64,000 nt of DNA from Camelus dromedarius (Eukaryota). The translations under genes and the position numbers were made by a program. Under the pieces are notes generated by a model. The model worked only from the letters and a program-made list of their open reading frames with translations, was not told the DNA's origin and made no database searches. Positions within the stretch are counted from its first letter, which is position 1. Each line of letters opens with the position of its first letter. Where the stretch lies: the NCBI RefSeq assembly GCF_036321535.1, contig NC_087472.1:99264001-99328000 (forward strand). Direction: 5' to 3'. Shown one piece after another: positions 61,730 to 64,000 of this stretch.

Positions 61730-62625
61730 AGGAGTTAGGCTGGTTTAGGATGGGCTAACTGCTAAGCCAGATAGATCTTAATCTGTACATTGGCTCAGAA
61801 ACAGGAGAACTTTATTTCTTGCTCACTTACTAGTACTCAGCAGGTAAACAGATCAACAGGGTCCTCTCCTCCATGGGGCCATTCAGGACCCAGGCTGAAT
61901 GAGGCGCTACGACCTTCAACATGTGGCTCCCGAGTTGCCCTGAGAGTTGTTTCATTTCAGCAGCTGGAAGGGGCAAGGAGATTGAAGCAGCACATGGGAG
62001 TCGTTTTCTGCACTAAGCATGAAAGTAGTAGGTGTCGCCTCCTCTGGTGGCCAGCCTGCAGGATAGCCCCTGCCTCCTGATCTTCACGATCATGCATCAC
62101 CCCCTCCCACGCTGAATGGCATTGACCTGCGTAACAAATACGATACTGCAGAAATGACAGTGTGTGACTTCCAAGGCTGACTCTTTTTCTCTTGAATCAC
62201 ACCCTGAGGGAAGCTAGCGGCCATATTATGAGGACATTCAAGTATCCCATGGAGGGGCACATCGACATTCCACCAACAGCCATGTGAGTGAGCCAGGGTG
62301 GAAGTGGATCCTCCAGCCCAAAGCAAGCCCTCAGATGACTGTAGCCCCAGCCCACACCTTGACTGCAGCCTCATAAGAGACCCTGAGCCAGACCACCTAA
62401 TTAATATACCCCTGAATGCCTGACCCCCAGGAACTATGAGATAACAAATGTCTGTTGCTTTAAGCTGCTAAGTGTCAGGGTAATTTGTTATGCAACAGTA
62501 GACTATTGATACAGATGATTATTGATACTCATTTCATTGGCCAGAAGTCAGCCATGTGGCCACACCTAACCAGGAAATGTAGTCTAACCCAGACATAAGA
62601 GGAGAACGTGGATCTTGCTCAGCAG
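61730..62625 (-). mobile_element. Old MLT1-type LTR split by a younger MaLR LTR
   Basis: tttatttcttgctcac...cattcaggacccaggctga...tcaacatgtggctcc (61.8-61.95 kb) resumes as atttcattggccagaagtcagccatgtggccacacctaac (62.53 kb). Confidence 0.75.
62022..62512 (+). mobile_element. MaLR solo LTR (MLT1D/E-like)
   Basis: gaaatgacagtgtgtgacttcc...cagccatgtgagtgagcc...ggaagtggatcctccagccc...cttgactgcagcctcataagagaccctgagccaga...ttgcttttaagctgctaag...taatttgttatgcaacagtaga. Confidence 0.9.
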
Positions 62626-64000
62626 TGAGCAGAGTCTTGAGGGGAGTAGATGGAATAATACCAAGAATAAAATAAGCAAAAATATAATTGAGAACCTGGA
62701 TACAAACCATAGAGCTTCTGGGCACACTCTGCCCTTCTCTCCATCTTTGCAAAGTCCGCCCATCTCCAGTCCTTGCCTCCTTCATGAAATTGTCTCTGCA
62801 CTTCAGGCCACGCTCCTCTCTCCCCTCTGCACTCCTGCGGCTCCTCTTGGCTTGATCTCTTCTGTATACAGCAATAAATGTCACTGGTTCAGAGACAGGA
62901 AGCGTCATTTGACATTCAATCATGCATTTCCTCGTGAGAGCTCTTATATCACTGTCTAGGATGATTATTTAACTTTTTATGTCTGTGTATCTTGTCTTCC
63001 CAATTATATTTAAGATCCTGGAGGGCAGAGACCAGTAGGGGTGGATGATATATGATTTGTGACCACATTAGCTCAATAATCTGTGAAGTGATTTATTGAA
63101 ACCATCAAATCTAATCTTAATGGGAGTTGAATTTTAATAGGAATTCAGTTCCTTCCCTAGATCACTAAACAGATGATTACAACCGTGTATTTAAAATTCT
63201 GTTTGCAAAGCATTAGATCATATCCTCAGTGGTACCTTGCACAAAGGTAGTCAATGAATGTTATTTGAATGTAATTTTAACAGTAACTGCAAATGAGAAA
63301 CTTGATTAAATGTTGTATAAACTATATATAATGAGAAAAAATACAATGAAAATAGTTTTTAATCTAGATTTATTTTGACCTCACTCGCTCACCTGTGCTT
63401 TAGCAGATCCTAATCAACTTTCAATTTTAAGCACTTCTTGGTTTTATGAAAGTAACCGTTATATTGCCAGTAAATGTTACTTCATTTACCCTCGCTAATC
63501 CCTCCTTATGATACATATTAGTCATTTAAAATAATTGCAAAGGTTTTGTGTTCACCTTCCATTTGAATCTTAGCTTGATGTCCCAAGTAATGACTCAAGG
63601 ACTGACCAATAGGTATTGTCTTATAATACATTTATGAAGAATTTATCAAGCATTTGCACTGTTCTTTGTCAAGCATCTTGTAGCTAAACATAGCAAGCAG
63701 ACCATTTAAAGTAACAATGCTCACGGTAGAAGCTTTTAAGAAAGATCGGAGAACACACCTCCTTGAAAAGGCCAAGATTTAAAAAACAAATCACCCTGTG
63801 ATCAGTTACTTCTGCTAACAAATACTTTGGTGACAACTTTGTTATTTTCCGTTCTGAAAAGAAAAAAGCTTTATTTTCACATCTTATGTTGACTTTTTAA
63901 AAGGACCTGTGAAATATTAGAATAAGGCACACTGATTAAACTCATGAGATATGTAGTCTAACTGGCTCTGTAAATCCTTGAAATCAATTATTTACATGAT

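Overview
This is mammalian non-coding DNA, most likely from a camelid. The evidence is three tRNA-Ala(AGC)-derived SINEs of the vic-1 type, plus artiodactyl-type L1 3' ends. I recognise no cellular protein-coding sequence. The only ORFs with recognisable homology are L1 ORF2 C-terminal pieces (2572-3093, 54208-54792) and a decayed CR1/L3 ORF2 end (39856-40110). A large part of the window is interspersed repeat: young and old L1, L2, CR1/L3, MIR, MaLR/ERVL solo LTRs, and hAT and Tc-mariner MITEs. Two repeat-poor, CpG-retaining regions look regulatory. The first, at about 10.4-13.8 kb, has CCAAT, a GC box, three CACGTG E-boxes, several D-boxes, two flanking CTCF motifs and a minus-strand donor directly after an ATG. 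The second is a small CpG island at about 57.8-58.5 kb with a strong plus-strand splice donor, probably the first exon of an unidentified gene. Several isolated minus-strand exon-like segments suggest a spliced transcript running leftwards out of the window. The most unusual structures are two fold-back palindromes made of L1 3' ends, at about 31.0 kb and 55.1 kb. I found no convincing novel multi-gene system. Repeat subfamily names come from recalled consensus sequences, and boundaries of old repeats are approximate.
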